From Trichosphaerium sp. ATCC 40318 (Eukaryota; Protista; Tubulinea), in contig JALMLS010000105.1 in NCBI GenBank assembly GCA_038496445.1, forward strand, positions 31,379 through 95,378: a stretch of 64,000 nt of DNA, given 5' to 3'. Both the position numbers and the translations under genes were made by a program. The notes beneath the pieces were generated by a model, which saw only the letters and a program-made list of their open reading frames with translations, made no database searches and was not told where the DNA came from. Shown in pieces: positions 57,893 through 64,000 of this stretch. Position 1 is the stretch's first letter; every line of letters begins with the position of its first letter.

Positions 57893-57981
57893 TGTAGACA
57901 TTTAACAAAACAAGTGACTAATGTAACTTTTATCAATAACACAAATCTGTAAAATCTCTCCCTGTACTTTTTGCAAACGCA

Positions 57982-58640
57982 CTATAATTCTGGGCTTTGG
58001 GTAGCATCCGGCGATGCAGCGCAACCAGCTTTGCCATAGTAGCCGTATCTGGAATATAAGGCTGCGTATGTGGCACATACACCAACTACAACCATGGCAA
58101 TCGCTGGCAATTTGCTGCTGGTGGTGGATGATTGCCCTGAAATAGAGTGCAGGCCCAAGAATAGGATTAACGCGCCACCCAATTCTCGTACTTGCTCGTG
58201 GTCGAACCAAGTAGTCACCTCTTGCGTTTGCATGTCATTAAATGTTCCATCAGCTGCCATACCGTAACACAAATATGCAGCCATAGCAATTGGAGCCATA
58301 GAATAAAACCTGACCGACAATTAAAAAAGGTGGTGAGTGTAAGTGTCACGTGTTTGTTAGTGTGAATTGTACTGTACCTAGCTAGCGCGTGTGAATGGGG
58401 TAATCGTAGTCCAACAAGTACGGCTATCACTTGATGATTGTTAATGGTAATTCTCAAAACGGTTAGAGTACACCGCACCTGCTCCAATTGCGTAGAAAAT
58501 CATCCACAACGCCGCATCAGGATCATTGACCTAAAAATTTGCGATTTAACAGCTTGCACCCGGCTTAGCGATCCCAATACCTGCAATGCGCATGCCACAC
58601 AATAAAAAACAGCGAGACTGAAGGAGAGTATCGTTTCCAT
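57982..58640 (-). CDS. TMEM220: TMEM220-family membrane protein
   Basis: LQVNDPDAALWMIFY and EQVRELGGALI match the TMEM220 signature motifs. Confidence 0.7.
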
Positions 58641-58758
58641 GCGGTTACAGTACTTTCGAAAGAAGGGTGTTTAAAGTCCAACATAGTTTTAGCACTCGGT
58701 CAATAAATGTAAACAAACGTGGCATCTGTCCGTATCGCGTCTGTTCTGTAAAAATCGT

Positions 58759-59260
58759 ATGCGTCTCGCTCCAGATAAATTTTTACGCGCACTGCGCCAA
58801 ATGTTCGATGAGACAAAGGAATCTGGCACTGTCTTCATAACGTTCAAAGCTGGTACGTTTATCAATAGCGCTTGACATTGTAACTCGCACAAAGCAAAAA
58901 CTGAGCAAGTCCTACCGAACAGAAAGGATGTAAAAGGTGATACTTGTTGTCTAATACGCGCCACAAACGGCAAAAGTGGCAGAAACAAGAAAAAAATTTC
59001 CTGTGTGGTACGTTAACTAGAAACCCTCCATTAGGCACGCTCATACGCTCTAGCTTCCACGAGGAAAGGCCGCAATACATTTCCAGAACGAATATAATCA
59101 AGTGCTTAAGGTACGCATCACACACGCACCACGTTTATTTTCAAACCAAGCTCTACGCCATCGTTGGTTATAGTGTGTTCGCTGACGGCAGTATTAGTCA
59201 AAAATGAATAAATTGGAACGCAATGAAAGGCATCGCAAAAAGACACGCCACATTAGATAA
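58759..59260 (+). CDS. SRP14: Signal recognition particle 14 kDa subunit
   Basis: FLRALRQMF...GTVFITFK...CLIRATNGK...KKISCV; basic C-terminus. Confidence 0.85.
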
Positions 59261-59721
59261 GATGGGGCTTTAGGTGGTGTTTTAGCAAGTGTACAGTATA
59301 ATAAAAGACCTCCAGCTCTTTTTTTTTTCTGCAATTCCACAACGCAGTAGAGAGCTATTTCAAGAATTCTTGTTTCGTTTTACGCGGTATGGCCAATGCG
59401 CCAGCACCGAAGAAACTGTAGATGGCGACTAAAAGATAAAAAACAAGGAGTTGTTCTTTGAAAGTAATCATCGAATAACAAAAAACCAGCGATACCTCTT
59501 CGCAACTTGTGTTTTACGGGTTCAATTACCCATTTTATTGCTTCCTAAGACCGTAAACCGAAATGAGATTGCAATTACACGTTATTAATAACTCTGGGCC
59601 GAGCATTCGGAGGTTTTTCCTAGGGCCTTTCTAAAATTCTTCAGTTTTCTTTTTTCATCAAAAAGTACGCAACTCACACCTCTTCTCCGCCTTACGACTT
59701 TTGTAGATATTTAAATATTGA

Positions 59722-62266
<2,545 letters not shown>

Positions 62267-62589
62267 TTGTAAACATTGTAGATGATAATAAATCATGCCA
62301 ATTTTATCAATTGTTTACCATTAAATTTTCTGCAACGGATGTAAAAAAATTTTGTCAATGTCAAAGCTGTGTCAAAACTTGGTTCATTTGTTGGCAACAA
62401 CTTTCTTTAAAAGCTGGAAACAAGCGAATAACTATGGTTTATGTAAACAAAGTTTACAGTTACAACAGTGGTGGAAATGAACAAATACACATGCCCAAAA
62501 TGTGCCATTTGTGTTTTAACAATGAACTGGTGTTGATAGAAATTTGTCCAAAAAATTAACAATACAAAAATGTCAATCTTAGCACTCAA

Positions 62590-63068
62590 CCATCTCCCAA
62601 AGCAGATTGCCTCAAATTGCTAACAATAAAACATGTACACATGATATTTTTTGGAGATTTCTACTAAAATTACTTTTTGCCAGACACAAATAGCCAGTAT
62701 CCTCTACAATGTCAATGTCTCTTTTTTGAATGAAATTATGCCAAAGCTATTGATTCTATGCCAGCTAACAAGGCTCCAGGCCCTGATGAAGTCTCCATGT
62801 GCATCATAAAAGTATCAAAAAACAGATAGCCCATCATTTTTTTCCTTTTGTTCAACTATTCTTGAAGGTGATGATCACAACTGGCTTGGTAAAGGAGTGA
62901 TCTGCCCCTTGTACACAAAGGGACCCCACATTGTTGGACAACTACCACCCTATTGTATTATTGAACAATGATTACAAAATCCTGATGAAAGTTATTAACA
63001 ACTGTTTTCTACAGTTTCTCCCCAACATCATCAACAACAACCAAAACGGATTTATCCCTGGCTGAGAT
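62590..63068 (+). mobile_element. Degenerate non-LTR retrotransposon (L1/Tx1-like) reverse transcriptase fragment
   Basis: NKAPGPD ... NYHPIVLLNNDYKILMKV ... PNIINNNQNGFIPG with stops and frameshifts. Confidence 0.75.
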
Positions 63069-64000
63069 CAGTACTGGAATTGGGATTTTGACCCATACTT
63101 AACCCGTACGGGTTCCATATTGTTGACCTGTACTCTACCCGTACGGGTTACGTACGGGATCCATATGGGTAGAGTACAATTAAATAATATGAAAAATTGT
63201 AATTATTGGATACAGAATAAATATACTCCTCTTTTTTCCATACAATATATGTGTACACATATATCACATGTGTGCCAAAACCACAACCATCAGTATACAC
63301 TTGCAATCAAAAAAAAAATTTGGCCATCAAATTTTGTTTGGATTTGGCAATCAAAAAATCCAAAAAAAAATTACTGCAATTAAATGGCAGCTTGTAATCA
63401 TAAGGTACAAAAACATGTATTATTAATAGATGAGGGTGTTTTAAAGTTATTAGGGCATTTACTTAAAAAGTAGAGGAGAAAACTTAATAAAGTGCAAAAT
63501 GTAGCTTTTTGCTGAATTTTGTTGTTTTATTGCATAACTTTGGTCTGATTATACGAACTGCTCAGAAAATGTAGCATTAGGTATATTTAGGTACGATGCA
63601 TGGTTTCATGGTGGTTTGGGGATCAACTCACCATTTTTAGGCAAAAACGACAGAAAATATGTATTTGGAGTAGTTTAAGGATATTATGGCCTAATAGCTC
63701 TATTAAACCACTTTTTAAGGGCAATGGGGTTGTAATGTAATGTAATGTATTGTAATGTGTTGTAATGTAAATGTACTTGTAATAGTTAAGAAAACAATAA
63801 ACCAATCCATCGTTTTTATTATTTTGTGTACACAATTATAACTGCTGACACATATTTTGACCTGTACGGAACCCGTACTTTTGACTCGTACTCAACCCGT
63901 ATGGAACCCATACTTTTGACCCATACTCAACCCGTACGGGTTCCATACTTTTGACCCAGATTAAACCCGTACGTAACCTGTACTTTCGACCTGTACAAAA
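63069..64000. repeat. Non-coding element with two arrays of TTTTGACCCATACTCAACCCGTACGGGT-like units (probable MITE/DNA-transposon end or subtelomeric repeat; runs off the window)
   Basis: Arrays at ~63086-63178 and ~63855-64000 containing the palindrome ACCCGTACGGGT; (TGTAA)n at ~63731-63780. Confidence 0.6.

Noticed and set aside
63855-64000. Palindromic ~35-nt repeats as CRISPR
   Set aside because: Units are contiguous and degenerate, with no spacers and no cas genes.

Overview
Gene-dense, intron-rich eukaryotic nuclear DNA. Introns are mostly short (about 40-120 nt), GT-AG with CTAAC-like branch points, and the standard genetic code fits. Filamin-repeat, two-domain WRKY and LRR genes suggest an amoebozoan-like protist (inference). 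About 27 protein genes are visible, mostly in head-to-head pairs: chromodomain protein, mucin-like surface protein, filamin-repeat protein, TYW1, penta-EF-hand protein, PB1-PAH protein, PH protein, atypical Rab, CTH, site-2 protease, FkbM-type methyltransferase, dual-specificity phosphatase, ATXN10, NDR kinase, F-box/LRR, PITP, bromodomain-ET protein, two PDI-family genes, WRKY, POLRMT, ALG10, AspRS, NSF, TMEM220, SRP14 and DDX3. The window ends in a decayed LINE RT fragment and a palindromic-repeat element. Most notable: (1) the catalytic core of POLRMT is overwritten by an inverted, mosaic copy of the bromodomain gene 11 kb away (probably an assembly chimera); (2) a candidate TATA-driven ~200-nt structured ncRNA matching no family I recognise; (3) a Rab with an N-myristoylation motif, no C-terminal cysteines and altered G3/G4 motifs; (4) a WRKY factor whose second domain has lost its zinc ligands. 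Gene ends were read by eye across introns and are approximate.
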